Origin: an uncultured Actinomycetota bacterium
GTDB taxonomy: Bacteria; Actinomycetota; Actinomycetes; CAVWCF01
Length of the DNA: 64,000 bases
NCBI GenBank assembly: GCA_963753435.1
Contig: CAVWCF010000001.1
Span: 576,001-640,000 of the forward strand
Reading direction: 5' to 3'
This document shows positions 52,069 to 60,753 of the stretch, in pieces; the stretch's first letter is position 1, and every line of letters starts with the position of its first letter. The notes beneath the pieces are model-generated. The model saw only the letters and a list, made by a program, of their open reading frames with translations, had not been told where the DNA came from and searched no databases. The position numbers were made by a program, and so were the translations under genes.

Positions 52069-52430
52069 CACCAGATCACTCCGCGACGGTGGTCTATGAC
52101 GGGTTGCTTCCGCTGCGAAACCAGCACCCCGATCACGTCGAAACGAACCGGTGTGCCGGGCACACCACGTTCTCGAAGCCACAGAGCCGCCAGGCGCCGC
52201 AGCCGCCGCGCCTTGTCCGGGCCGACCGCGGCAACTGCCGGACCGAAGGCGTCGGTGCTGCGGGTCTTGACTTCGCAGACGACAACCGCGTCGCCGTCCA
52301 TCGCGACGATGTCCAGTTCCCCAGCACCGCACCGCCAGTTGCGGTCGAGAATGCGCAGGCCGCATTCGCGCAGGTGCGCGGCCGCAAGATCCTCGCCGAG
52401 CCGGCCCAGCGCGGCCCTCGACTCCGTCAT
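52068..52430 (-). CDS. yraN: YraN (UPF0102) family PD-(D/E)xK nuclease
   Basis: LGRLGEDLAA..L...G..ILDRNWRC..GELDIVA....VVCEVKTR, RFDV; SD GGAGGTGA. Confidence 0.95.
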   Translation of the reverse strand: MTESRAALGRLGEDLAAAHLRECGLRILDRNWRCGAGELDIVAMDGDAVVVCEVKTRSTDAFGPAVAAVGPDKARRLRRLAALWLRERGVPGTPVRFDVIGVLVSQRKQPVIDHRRGVIW

Positions 52431-52448
52431 GTGATCACCTCCGCGGCG

Positions 52449-52525
52449 AGCGTCGTCGCTGCGGAGCGATCCGACCGCGGTGCGTGACGGCCTGGGGACT
52501 GCGGGGGTGCGCGAGCGCCTGTGGA
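52449..52525 (-). promoter_or_regulatory. Direct-repeat promoter module upstream of yraN-comM-dprA
   Basis: Minus strand: TCCACAG (52525-52519), 20 nt, TCCCCAG (52498-52492), 37 nt, GACGCT (52454-52449). Same spacing as upstream of the M23 gene. Confidence 0.6.
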
Positions 52526-52533
52526 AGCGACGC

Positions 52534-52848
52534 CTACCCGGAGTCGGCGGGCAGTTCCATGTCGGCCTTGGCCATCTCCTCGACGTTTACGTCGCGGAAG
52601 GTAAGCACCTTGACGTTCTTGACGAACCGAGCGGGTCGATACATGTCCCAAACCCAGGCGTCGGACATGGTCACCTCGAAGTACACCTCGCCGGCGTCGG
52701 TTCGTACCTGCAGATCGACCGAGTTCGTCAGGTAGAAGCGTCGCTCCGTCTCCACGACATAGGTGAATAGACCCACCACATCGCGGTACTCGCGGTACAG
52801 GGTCAGTTCCATCTCGGACTCGTACCGTTCGAGGTCCTCGGTACTCAT
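52534..52848 (-). CDS. DUF2469 family protein
   Basis: MSTEDLERYESEMELTLYREYRDVV...VVETERRFYL...DAWVWDMYRPARFVK. Start reset to ATG 52848 (ATGA overlap with rnhB). Confidence 0.93.
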   Translation of the reverse strand: MSTEDLERYESEMELTLYREYRDVVGLFTYVVETERRFYLTNSVDLQVRTDAGEVYFEVTMSDAWVWDMYRPARFVKNVKVLTFRDVNVEEMAKADMELPADSG

Positions 52849-53552
52849 CTCGCCTCCGTCACGGCCGCACGGGACGGTTCGATCGGGCCGTCCACCCCTA
52901 GCCGCCAGGACTGCCGATGCTGCGGTGACGGCCCCAGGCGTCGCAGCGCTTCTCGATGAGCTGGGGTGGCATAGCCCATGTTCTCCGTCCAGCCGTACTC
53001 CGGGTGCGTACCGGCCAGTTCGCACATCAACGCGTCCCGCGTGGTCTTGGCCAGAACGCTCGCCGCCGCCACCGTCGCGCAAGTCTGGTCCCCCTTGACC
53101 ACCGTATGCACAGCCGGCGTGGTGCTCAGCCAGTCACTCCCGAAGAGGTCCAGTTCGTCGGGTTGGGTCACGTAGTCATAGTTTCCGTCCAGCACGACGA
53201 TGTCGACCGGAACCGGCAATGCCCGCAGGGCTCGGTGCGCCGCCAGCCGAAGCGCGGCGATGATCCCCATCTGGTCGATCTCCGCCGGGCTGGCGTGGGC
53301 AACCGCTGTGGCCGGGGACCAGTCCCGGATCCGCGGCACCAGCCGGCGGCGCTGCTGGGCCGGTAGCAGTTTGCTGTCGCGCAGCCCGCGCGGCGGTCGC
53401 AGCCCAGGAGGCGGCAGCACCACCGCACCGATCGTGACCGGCCCGCAAAGCGCCCCGCGCCCGACCTCGTCGAGCCCCACGACGAACCGATACCCGGCAT
53501 CGCGAAGGCCGTTCTCAACGCGGAGCCGCGGAACCGGACCGGGTGGGCTCAT
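52845..53552 (-). CDS. rnhB: Ribonuclease HII
   Basis: GLDEVGRGALCGPV, LRDSKLL, VKGD...VAAASVLAK..RD, GYATPAH, HRQSW. Confidence 0.96.
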   Translation of the reverse strand: MSPPGPVPRLRVENGLRDAGYRFVVGLDEVGRGALCGPVTIGAVVLPPPGLRPPRGLRDSKLLPAQQRRRLVPRIRDWSPATAVAHASPAEIDQMGIIAALRLAAHRALRALPVPVDIVVLDGNYDYVTQPDELDLFGSDWLSTTPAVHTVVKGDQTCATVAAASVLAKTTRDALMCELAGTHPEYGWTENMGYATPAHREALRRLGPSPQHRQSWRLGVDGPIEPSRAAVTEAR

Positions 53553-54037
53553 TCGCCAATGTCCTCAAGATCGGCCGTCACCGGGACGCGGCCGGCGATC
53601 ACCGCCGCAACCAGCGCAGCCAGCCGCCGCGGGTAGACGGTGTCCTTGGTGGTTGCCAGGTCCGGCAGGTGCCACCATCGATGCCCGATCAGCACTTCGC
53701 GCTCAAGGTCGGTGATCTCTTGGCGGTGAACCGCCGTATCGGCCACGTGCGCCAGGAAATACCGCTCCTCCTGCTGATACCGCTGGCCGGCGAAATCGAA
53801 CTCGACCTTTCGCCACCATGGCAACGGGGTCAGGTCGACGGGGTCCAGCCCCGTCTCCTCGCGCAACTCCCGTCGGGCCGCTTGCTCCGCGGTTTCGCCG
53901 AGGTTCAGACCGCCACCGGGCGTGAACCACCACGGTTGGCTCCCAGGTCGGGCCGGATCGCGGCCGCGCAGCAGCAGGACACGCTCGGCGCCGTCCAGTA
54001 CGACCACCCGCGCACCGGCCCGTTCGGCGACCTTCAT
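53549..54037 (-). CDS. NUDIX hydrolase
   Basis: WWFTPGGGLNLGETAEQAARRELREETG Nudix box. Confidence 0.92.
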   Translation of the reverse strand: MKVAERAGARVVVLDGAERVLLLRGRDPARPGSQPWWFTPGGGLNLGETAEQAARRELREETGLDPVDLTPLPWWRKVEFDFAGQRYQQEERYFLAHVADTAVHRQEITDLEREVLIGHRWWHLPDLATTKDTVYPRRLAALVAAVIAGRVPVTADLEDIGE

Positions 54038-54073
54038 CACCTCAGCGTACGCAGCCGCCGGGAGCCACAGCGC

Positions 54074-54799
54074 TTACGGAGCAAGCGCGGCCGGGGCGGG
54101 ATCGGGGACGGATTCGAACGTCGCCGGGATCCCCAGGCTGCTGAAGCGGTCCAAGGGCCAGATCCGCACGAACGCCCGGCCGACCACGGCGTCCAGCGGA
54201 ACCATCCCCCCACCTGCCGCCACCGATTCGTGGAACCGCGAATCCTGGCTGACCGACCGGTGATCGCCCATGACCCACAAGCGGCCCGCTGGCACCGTCA
54301 CGTCGAACGGAGTGTCGCTCGGAACGTCCCCGGGGTACAGATAGTCCTCGGCAAGAGGTTGGCCGTTGACCGTGATACGTCCCGATTCGTCACAGCAGAC
54401 GACCCGGTCGCCCCCGACGCCGATGACTCTCTTCACGAGATCGTCACCGCTGTCCGACGGCAGCAGTCCGACGAAGGTGAGGACATCGCGCAAGGTGGCT
54501 CCGAACCCGGATTCGGAGCTGCTCAAGACGGTCACCCAGTCGGCCGGGTCGCGGAACACCACGACCTCACCGCGCTCGATCTCACCGATGCTGGTGCTGA
54601 GTTTGCTGACCAGCACACGGTCGCCCACCAACAGCGTGTCCTCCATGGACGCCGACGGGATGTAGAAGGCCTGGAAGAAGAAGGTGCGCACGACGATGGC
54701 CACCAACAGGGCGCCGACGACGACCACCAACGTCTCGCGCAAGAGCGAGCCGCGCTTTGGTCGGGCGCCGGACTCCGCGTCGGGACCGGAATCGGTCAC
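54074..54799 (-). CDS. lepB: Signal peptidase I (second copy)
   Basis: IPSASMEDTLLVGDRV (Ser), LVKRVIG (Lys), VMGDHRSVSQDSR. Confidence 0.95.
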   Translation of the reverse strand: MTDSGPDAESGARPKRGSLLRETLVVVVGALLVAIVVRTFFFQAFYIPSASMEDTLLVGDRVLVSKLSTSIGEIERGEVVVFRDPADWVTVLSSSESGFGATLRDVLTFVGLLPSDSGDDLVKRVIGVGGDRVVCCDESGRITVNGQPLAEDYLYPGDVPSDTPFDVTVPAGRLWVMGDHRSVSQDSRFHESVAAGGGMVPLDAVVGRAFVRIWPLDRFSSLGIPATFESVPDPAPAALAP

Positions 54800-55554
54800 G
54801 GCGTGGCCGACTGCAGCGCGGGATTGGCGAATGTGCTCGGAGTGCCCAGTCCGCTCCAGCGCGCGGGTGGCCAGACCACCGAGATCGCGCGGCCAATCAC
54901 CTTGTCGGTGCTGACGAAACCGCCGCCCGGTGAGCCCAGGTAAGCCCGGGAGTCCCGCGAGACGGAGCGGTGATCGCCCATCAGCCAGAGCTTGCCGGCG
55001 GGGACTTCCACATCGAACTCCTGACGGCTCGGGGCATCGCCGGGGAAGAGGTACTCCGCCTCGTCCAGAGCCACCCCGTTGACCGTGATCCGACCAGAAT
55101 CATCGCAGCAGATGACACGATCCCCGCCCACGCCGATCACGCGCTTGACGAAGTCCCGCTCACCCGGAGCCAGTCCCAGCAGCCGGGCGATCCAAAGCCA
55201 GACCGACTCCAGGGCATTGTCGGCAGTCACCGTGGGGGGTTCAGACACGAAAGAGTCAGAACCGTCGAAGACGACCACGTCACCGCGATCGATGTCGCCG
55301 AGCCGGTAGCTCATCTTGCTCACCAGGATCCGGTCTCCGATGAGCAGCGTGTTCTCCATGGACGCCGAAGGGATGGAGAACGCCTGGAACACAAAGGCCC
55401 GGATGAGGACGGCGACGACAAGCGCCCCGCCGATGATGGCCACCACCTCGCGGCGGTTACGTCGTTTGCCCCGAGATTGCTCGGCCTTTTCCAGGCGACG
55501 CCGCTCAACACGGCTCAACGGCTGGTCGCCGTCCGGCGATGCCGCTTCCGTCAT
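54796..55554 (-). CDS. lepB: Signal peptidase I (first copy)
   Basis: IPSASMENTLLIGDRI, FVKRVIG, LMGDHRSVSRDSR. Confidence 0.95.
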   Translation of the reverse strand: MTEAASPDGDQPLSRVERRRLEKAEQSRGKRRNRREVVAIIGGALVVAVLIRAFVFQAFSIPSASMENTLLIGDRILVSKMSYRLGDIDRGDVVVFDGSDSFVSEPPTVTADNALESVWLWIARLLGLAPGERDFVKRVIGVGGDRVICCDDSGRITVNGVALDEAEYLFPGDAPSRQEFDVEVPAGKLWLMGDHRSVSRDSRAYLGSPGGGFVSTDKVIGRAISVVWPPARWSGLGTPSTFANPALQSATP

Positions 55555-55572
55555 GAGGGCCCGACGGCGAGG

Positions 55573-55932
55573 TCAGGCGCTGGGAACGTTGTCGCGGCGC
55601 TCGCGGATCTTCGCGGCCTTGCCCCGCAACTCGCGCAGGTAGTAGAGCTTGGCGCGGCGGACATCGCCTCGAGTGGTGACCTCGATCTTCTCCACCACAG
55701 GCGTGTGCACCGGGAAGGTGCGCTCAACGCCAACCCCGTAGGAGATCTTCCGGACCGTGAAGGTCTCGCGGACTCCCGAACCGGAGCGCGCGATCACGAC
55801 GCCGGCGAACACCTGGATTCGGGACTTGTTGCCCTCAACCACTCGTACGTGGACCTTCAGCGAGTCGCCGGGGCGGAAGTCGGGGATGTCGGTCCGCAAC
55901 GATGCGGCGTCAACGGCGTCGAGCTTGTTCAT
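55573..55932 (-). CDS. rplS: 50S ribosomal protein L19
   Basis: [50 protein letters not shown]. Start reset to ATG 55932 with GAGGAG SD. Confidence 0.99.
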   Translation of the reverse strand: MNKLDAVDAASLRTDIPDFRPGDSLKVHVRVVEGNKSRIQVFAGVVIARSGSGVRETFTVRKISYGVGVERTFPVHTPVVEKIEVTTRGDVRRAKLYYLRELRGKAAKIRERRDNVPSA

Positions 55933-56053
55933 GGTCTCTCCTCGCGGTGCCATAGGTCACCGGCGTCGATGACTGTGTCGGTGGTCGCCGGAGTCGGCCT
56001 TCCCCCTATGGCAGGAGCAGCACGTAGCCGGCGCAGCGGCAAAGTGTGCCACA
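55933..56053 (-). promoter_or_regulatory. rplS promoter (extended -10 TGTGGCACACT) and structured leader
   Basis: Minus strand TGCCATAGG...CCTATGGCA complementary arms just upstream of the SD; promoter-like motif at ~56043-56053. Confidence 0.45.
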
Positions 56054-56100
56054 GCCGGCCCATGGGCCCGAAATCCACGATCGGACCTGGCCGCCCGAAC

Positions 56101-56802
56101 TCAGTCCCCGTCAAGCAGGTCCGGCCGCATCTGCCGCGTGCGCAGGCGGCTCTGCTCGGTCCGCCAATCGGCGATGGCACCGTGGTGCCCACTCAGCAGC
56201 ACCGGTGGCACGTCCAGGTCACGCCAGCTCGGCGGCTTGGTGTAGACCGGTCCCTCCAAGAGCCCCTGTCGGCCGGCGGCGAAGGAGTCGTCCACGGCGG
56301 ATGCCTCGTTGCCGAGGGTTCCCGGCAGCAGCCGCACAATCGCCTCGATGATCACCAAGGCGGCCGCTTCCCCACCGGCGAGCACGTAGTCACCGATGCT
56401 CACCTCAGCCACCGGCATCCGACGCGCGGCGTCGGCGGCGACGCGTGCATCGATGCCCTCGTAGCGGCCGCAGGCCAACACCAGGTGCGCTACTCCAGCC
56501 CACTCCTCGGCGTCGGCCTGGGTGAACGGGCGCCCCGAAGGCGTCGGGATAACCAGCAGGGGCGGCTGCGGTCCAGCCAGCGAATCGATCGCCTCACCCC
56601 AGGGCTCCGGTCGCATGACCATGCCGGGCCCGCCCCCGTACGGGGTGTCGTCGACCGTCCGGTGCCGATCGTGGGTGAAGTCCCGCAGGTCGTGGACACC
56701 TAGTTGGACCCGGCCGGACTCGATCGCCTTGCCGACAAGCGAAAGCCGCAGCGGCTGCAGGTAGTCGGGGAACACGCTGACAACGTCGATGCGCAAGGTC
56801 AC
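56101..56802 (-). CDS. trmD: tRNA (guanine-N1)-methyltransferase
   Basis: [45 protein letters not shown]. Confidence 0.99.
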   Translation of the reverse strand: MTLRIDVVSVFPDYLQPLRLSLVGKAIESGRVQLGVHDLRDFTHDRHRTVDDTPYGGGPGMVMRPEPWGEAIDSLAGPQPPLLVIPTPSGRPFTQADAEEWAGVAHLVLACGRYEGIDARVAADAARRMPVAEVSIGDYVLAGGEAAALVIIEAIVRLLPGTLGNEASAVDDSFAAGRQGLLEGPVYTKPPSWRDLDVPPVLLSGHHGAIADWRTEQSRLRTRQMRPDLLDGD

Positions 56803-57308
56803 GCACCCGCCTCGAGCAGTCCCGGCGGCGGATCCACCAGTACCCGGCCGCCGACGACGTCCACCTCGGTCACGATCGCGGATACGAGCGGCACCAATGC
56901 CTCGGAACCACCGTCGAGTTCAACTTCGAGCAGGTCTTGAGCGGGCAGGTGCACAACCGACTTCACGTGCCCGATCGCACGCCCGTCCACCTCAACGCGC
57001 AATCCGACCAACTGCCGGTCGTACCAGGTGTCCGGCTCGTCCGGCACGGCGTCGTCGTCGACCTCTGCCCGCAGCAGCAGACCGCGCACCGCCTCGACGG
57101 ATTGCCGGTCGGCCAACTCCGCGAACCGCACCAGCAGCCGCCCGTGATGATGGCGCACCGAGTCGATGGTGAGTGAGCGATCACCCGGCTCCGTGAGCAG
57201 CGACCCGCCAACGGCGAAACGCTGATCCACATCGTCGGTCCGTGGCTCGACCGCCACCTCGCCTCGCACTCCGTGGGCGCGGCCGACTCGGCCGACGACC
57301 ACGAGCAT
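56799..57308 (-). CDS. rimM: Ribosome maturation factor RimM
   Basis: [39 protein letters not shown]. Confidence 0.96.
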   Translation of the reverse strand: MLVVVGRVGRAHGVRGEVAVEPRTDDVDQRFAVGGSLLTEPGDRSLTIDSVRHHHGRLLVRFAELADRQSVEAVRGLLLRAEVDDDAVPDEPDTWYDRQLVGLRVEVDGRAIGHVKSVVHLPAQDLLEVELDGGSEALVPLVSAIVTEVDVVGGRVLVDPPPGLLEAGA

Positions 57309-57310
57309 GC

Positions 57311-57547
57311 TCAGCGCTCGTCGACGTCGAGGATGTCGATCCGAACGCTGGACTCAGCCAGCGCACCCATCACGGTACGAAGCGCCTGCGCCGTTCGACC
57401 CGAGCGGCCGATTACGCGACCCAGGTCGTCGGGGTGCACCCGCACCGTCAACGACGGGCCGCGGCGGCCACTGCGCTCGGACACCCGGACCTCGTCCGGG
57501 TTGTCGACGATGCCGCGAACGAGATGGTCGAGGGCCTCGGTCAGCAA
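57311..57547 (-). CDS. khpA: KH-domain RNA-binding protein KhpA
   Basis: LTEALDHLVRGIVDNPDEV...VHPDDLGRVIGRSGRTA. Start reset to TTG 57547. Confidence 0.92.
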   Translation of the reverse strand: MLTEALDHLVRGIVDNPDEVRVSERSGRRGPSLTVRVHPDDLGRVIGRSGRTAQALRTVMGALAESSVRIDILDVDER

Positions 57548-57548
57548 C

Positions 57549-58097
57549 TCAGGCCTCGGCCTTGTCGCCGTCGACTGCCTCGGCGGCCGCCTCAGCCTCG
57601 GGAGCCGGTGCCGCCTCAGCCTCAGCCTCGGGAGCCGGTGCCGCCTCAGCCTCGGGGGCCGGTGCCGCCTCAGTCTCAGCCTCGGGAGCCGGTGCCGCCT
57701 CAGCCTCGGGGGCCTTCTTCGCCTTCGGCGTGGTGGCCGCAGCCACCGGCTCGTCGCCGGACTCCTTGGCCGCAGCCTCGAAGGCAGCGGTCCGGTCGGC
57801 CTTGACCTCAGCGACCCGCAGCGTGCCCTCGGCACCGGGAAGGCCCTTGAACTTCTGCCAGTCCCCGGTCACCTTCAGAATCGCCGCGACCGGCTCGGTC
57901 GGCTGAGCGCCTACGCCAAGCCAGTACTGGACGCGCTCGGAGTCGACCTCGATCAGGCTCGGCTCCTCCTTTGGGTGGTACCGGCCAATCTCCTCGATCG
58001 CCCGGCCGTCGCGCTTGGTGCGGGAGTCGGCCACGACGATTCGGTACTGCGGGTTGCGGATCTTGCCGAGCCGCTTCAACTTGATCTTGACAGCCAC
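57549..58097 (-). CDS. rpsP: 30S ribosomal protein S16 with repetitive acidic C-terminal extension
   Basis: [49 protein letters not shown]. Start reset to GTG 58097. Confidence 0.98.
   Translation of the reverse strand: MAVKIKLKRLGKIRNPQYRIVVADSRTKRDGRAIEEIGRYHPKEEPSLIEVDSERVQYWLGVGAQPTEPVAAILKVTGDWQKFKGLPGAEGTLRVAEVKADRTAAFEAAAKESGDEPVAAATTPKAKKAPEAEAAPAPEAETEAAPAPEAEAAPAPEAEAEAAPAPEAEAAAEAVDGDKAEA
57590..57715 (-). repeat. 24/30-bp tandem repeat encoding (EA)nAPAP units in the S16 tail
   Basis: About four copies of GCCTCGGG(A/G)GCCGGTGCCGCCTCA on the plus strand. Confidence 0.85.
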
Positions 58098-58256
58098 TGG
58101 TTGGGAGTCCTCATGTTCGATTCGGGGGAGCCACGGCGCACGCGTGGGGAGCGGGCTATGACTCCGGGGACGGAACTCAGCCGGTGAGAGGGCCGGCAGC
58201 GCTCCGATCAGGGGGGATTGTGCCACGCGGGCCGGGCCAGGGCGAAATGCCCGGTC

Positions 58257-59774
58257 TCAGCCCTTGCCGAGGAGGTCCCGGAAGTCCGCCGGGAGTTCGA
58301 AATCCGCCACCGCGTCCGGGGCCGTCGTCGGACCTGTATCCGTGTCCTGAGCGGCCCGCTTGGCCGGGTTGCCCGATCGGCCGGACTTGCCGCGCTTTGC
58401 CGCCTTCGGTGGCTTGCGGCGACCCCGACCCATGCCGGGCACCCCGCCCAGTCCCGGAATAGCGGGCACCCCGCCGCGGGCCATCTGTTTCATCGCCTTG
58501 CGGGCCCGGTCGAATCGCTCAACGAGCGTGTTGACATCAGATACCGCGGTCCCCGAACCCACGGCTATCCGGCTGCGCCGGGATCCGTTCAACAGCTTCG
58601 GGTCCTGCCGTTCGGCCGGCGTCATCGACTGGATGATCGCTTTGGCCCGGATCAGTTCCCGCTCGTCGAGGTTGTCCAACTGCGCCTTCATCTGCCCGGC
58701 CCCGGGCAGCATCCCGACCAACTTCGACAGGGAGCCCATCTGCTGCACGGCCTGCATCTGCTGCAGGAAGTCCTCAAGCGTGAAGTCCGCCCCCGAGGCG
58801 AACTTGTCCGCCATGGCCTGCGCCTGGTCCGCCTCGAACGCCCGCTCGGCCTGTTCGATCAGGGTGAGCAGGTCCCCCATGTCCAGGATGCGGTTGGCCA
58901 TGCGATCGGGGTGGAACACGTCGAAATCGGTCAACTGCTCGCCGGTGCCGGCGAACATGACCGGACGACCGGTGACCGAGGCGACCGACAGGGCCGCGCC
59001 ACCGCGGGCATCGCCGTCCAACTTGGTCAGCACCACGCCGTCGAAGCCGACTCCCTCGGCGAACGCCTCAGCAGTGCGGACGGCATCTTGACCCACCATC
59101 GCGTCGACAACGAGCAGGACCTCGTCGGGCGTGACAGCAGCCTTGATGTCGGCCGCTTGTTGGATCAGTTCGTCGTCGATGGCCAGTCGGCCGGCGGTGT
59201 CGATGATGACCACGTCGTGCTGCGCTTCAACGGCCAGCCGACGGCCCGCATCGGCCACGGCTACCGCATCACCCACCCCGTTGCCCGGCTCGGGAGCGAA
59301 GACCGGAACACCGGCCCGCTCTCCCACCACCTGCAACTGGGTGACGGCATTCGGCCGCTGCAGGTCCGCGGCGACCAAGAGCGGGGTGTGTCCGTCCGCG
59401 GCGAACCAATGCGCCAATTTCCCGGCAAGAGTGGTCTTACCCACGCCCTGCAGGCCGAGCAGCATGACCACGGTCGGCGGCGTCTTGGCGAGCCGGACGC
59501 GGCGTGTTTGCCCGCCCAGGATCTCCACGAGTTCCGCGTGGACGATCTTGACGACCTGCTGCGCGGGGTTCAGCGCTTGCGAGACTTCTTCACTCAGCGC
59601 ACGTTCCTTGACGCGCGCCACGAACTGGCGCACCACCGGCAGCGCGACGTCGGCTTCGAGCAGCGCGACGCGGATCTCTCGGGTGGTCTCCTCGATGTCG
59701 GCTTCGGTGAGCCGACCCTTGCCCCGAAGGTTCTTGATCGTCGCCGCGAGCCGGTCTGACAGTGTGGCGAACAC
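58257..59774 (-). CDS. ffh: Signal recognition particle protein Ffh
   Basis: ALLEADV, GLQGVGKTT, DLQRPNA, DTAGRL, TKLDGDARGGAALS, FHPDRMANRILDMGD, M domain. Confidence 0.99.
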   Translation of the reverse strand: MFATLSDRLAATIKNLRGKGRLTEADIEETTREIRVALLEADVALPVVRQFVARVKERALSEEVSQALNPAQQVVKIVHAELVEILGGQTRRVRLAKTPPTVVMLLGLQGVGKTTLAGKLAHWFAADGHTPLLVAADLQRPNAVTQLQVVGERAGVPVFAPEPGNGVGDAVAVADAGRRLAVEAQHDVVIIDTAGRLAIDDELIQQAADIKAAVTPDEVLLVVDAMVGQDAVRTAEAFAEGVGFDGVVLTKLDGDARGGAALSVASVTGRPVMFAGTGEQLTDFDVFHPDRMANRILDMGDLLTLIEQAERAFEADQAQAMADKFASGADFTLEDFLQQMQAVQQMGSLSKLVGMLPGAGQMKAQLDNLDERELIRAKAIIQSMTPAERQDPKLLNGSRRSRIAVGSGTAVSDVNTLVERFDRARKAMKQMARGGVPAIPGLGGVPGMGRGRRKPPKAAKRGKSGRSGNPAKRAAQDTDTGPTTAPDAVADFELPADFRDLLGKG

Positions 59775-59902
59775 GGATTCCCTTCCTGGCGTTACGGACT
59801 GGCGTTCCCGACGGTGGTCGCAACGGCGCGCATCAGGCAGCGATGGGCCGATGATCGGCAGGGTAGCCGGGGCGGGGAGGCACTACCCCCGTGCCGGTGT
59901 CC

Positions 59903-60673
59903 CTAGAAGTCCACCGACTTCGTCGTACCGCCGTCGACCCGAAGACTCGCACCGGAGATGTAGCCGGCCGCCGGGCTGGCGAGAAACAGCACCGCAGCGG
60001 CCACCTCCTCTGGCCGACCGAGCCGGCCCAGCACGCTCAGACGCTCGACGCCCTCGACGACCTGTGGCATCGCCTGGCGCATCCCGGCCCAGGTGCCGCC
60101 CGGGAACTCGATGGGCCCGGGGATGACCGTGTTCACCCGAACACCGTCAGGACCCAGCAAGGCCGACAACTTCGATCCGTAGCTCAAGACGGCCGCCTTC
60201 ACGCTGCCGTAGGCATGCTGCATTGCCGGGGTCGCCTGGCTCAACGCCGTTGTGCTGCTGATCAGGACCACGGAGCCGCCCGATTCAGCCAGGGCCGGTC
60301 GCGCCACCCGCACCGCACGGGCAACCTGGAGCAGGTCGGCGGCCATCGTGAGCTGCCAGGTTTCGTCGTCCTCACCAGAAGGCTGGATTGAGGCGTTCAG
60401 GACCATGACATCTAGGCCACCCAGCCGCTCGACGGCCGAACCCACCCAGGCCTCGAATGCGGGCCCGTCAGTCACGTCAACCGGGTCGCCGAACGCCGCC
60501 GCGGACCCATGAGCGTCCTGCCAACCGCTGACCGCCTCGGCCAGCGGCTCGGGGGTACGAGCACACGTGGCAACCCGCGCACCTTCACCCAGGAGACCGG
60601 ACACGATGGCATGACCGATCCCCCGGCTGCCGCCGGTGACCAGCGCTCGTTTTCCCTGTAGTTGCAGATCCAC
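59903..60673 (-). CDS. Short-chain dehydrogenase/reductase (classical SDR)
   Basis: ALVTGGSRGIG, YGSVK (YxxxK), VRVNTVIPG, GRLGRPEEVA, VDGG. Start reset to GTG 60673. Confidence 0.9.
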   Translation of the reverse strand: MDLQLQGKRALVTGGSRGIGHAIVSGLLGEGARVATCARTPEPLAEAVSGWQDAHGSAAAFGDPVDVTDGPAFEAWVGSAVERLGGLDVMVLNASIQPSGEDDETWQLTMAADLLQVARAVRVARPALAESGGSVVLISSTTALSQATPAMQHAYGSVKAAVLSYGSKLSALLGPDGVRVNTVIPGPIEFPGGTWAGMRQAMPQVVEGVERLSVLGRLGRPEEVAAAVLFLASPAAGYISGASLRVDGGTTKSVDF

Positions 60674-60753
60674 TTCCACTCCCCTGGGTCCGGAACAGCC
60701 GAGTCGGGCAAGCGTAGGCCGCGGCATCGCGCACCTCGGAGTCGGCGACCGAC

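Noticed and set aside
54074-55554. Tandem signal peptidase I genes as a novelty
   Set aside because: Multiple sip genes after rplS are well known in actinomycetes (e.g. Streptomyces sipWXYZ).
57590-57715. Tandem repeats as a possible CRISPR array
   Set aside because: In-frame coding repeats with no unique spacers and no cas genes.
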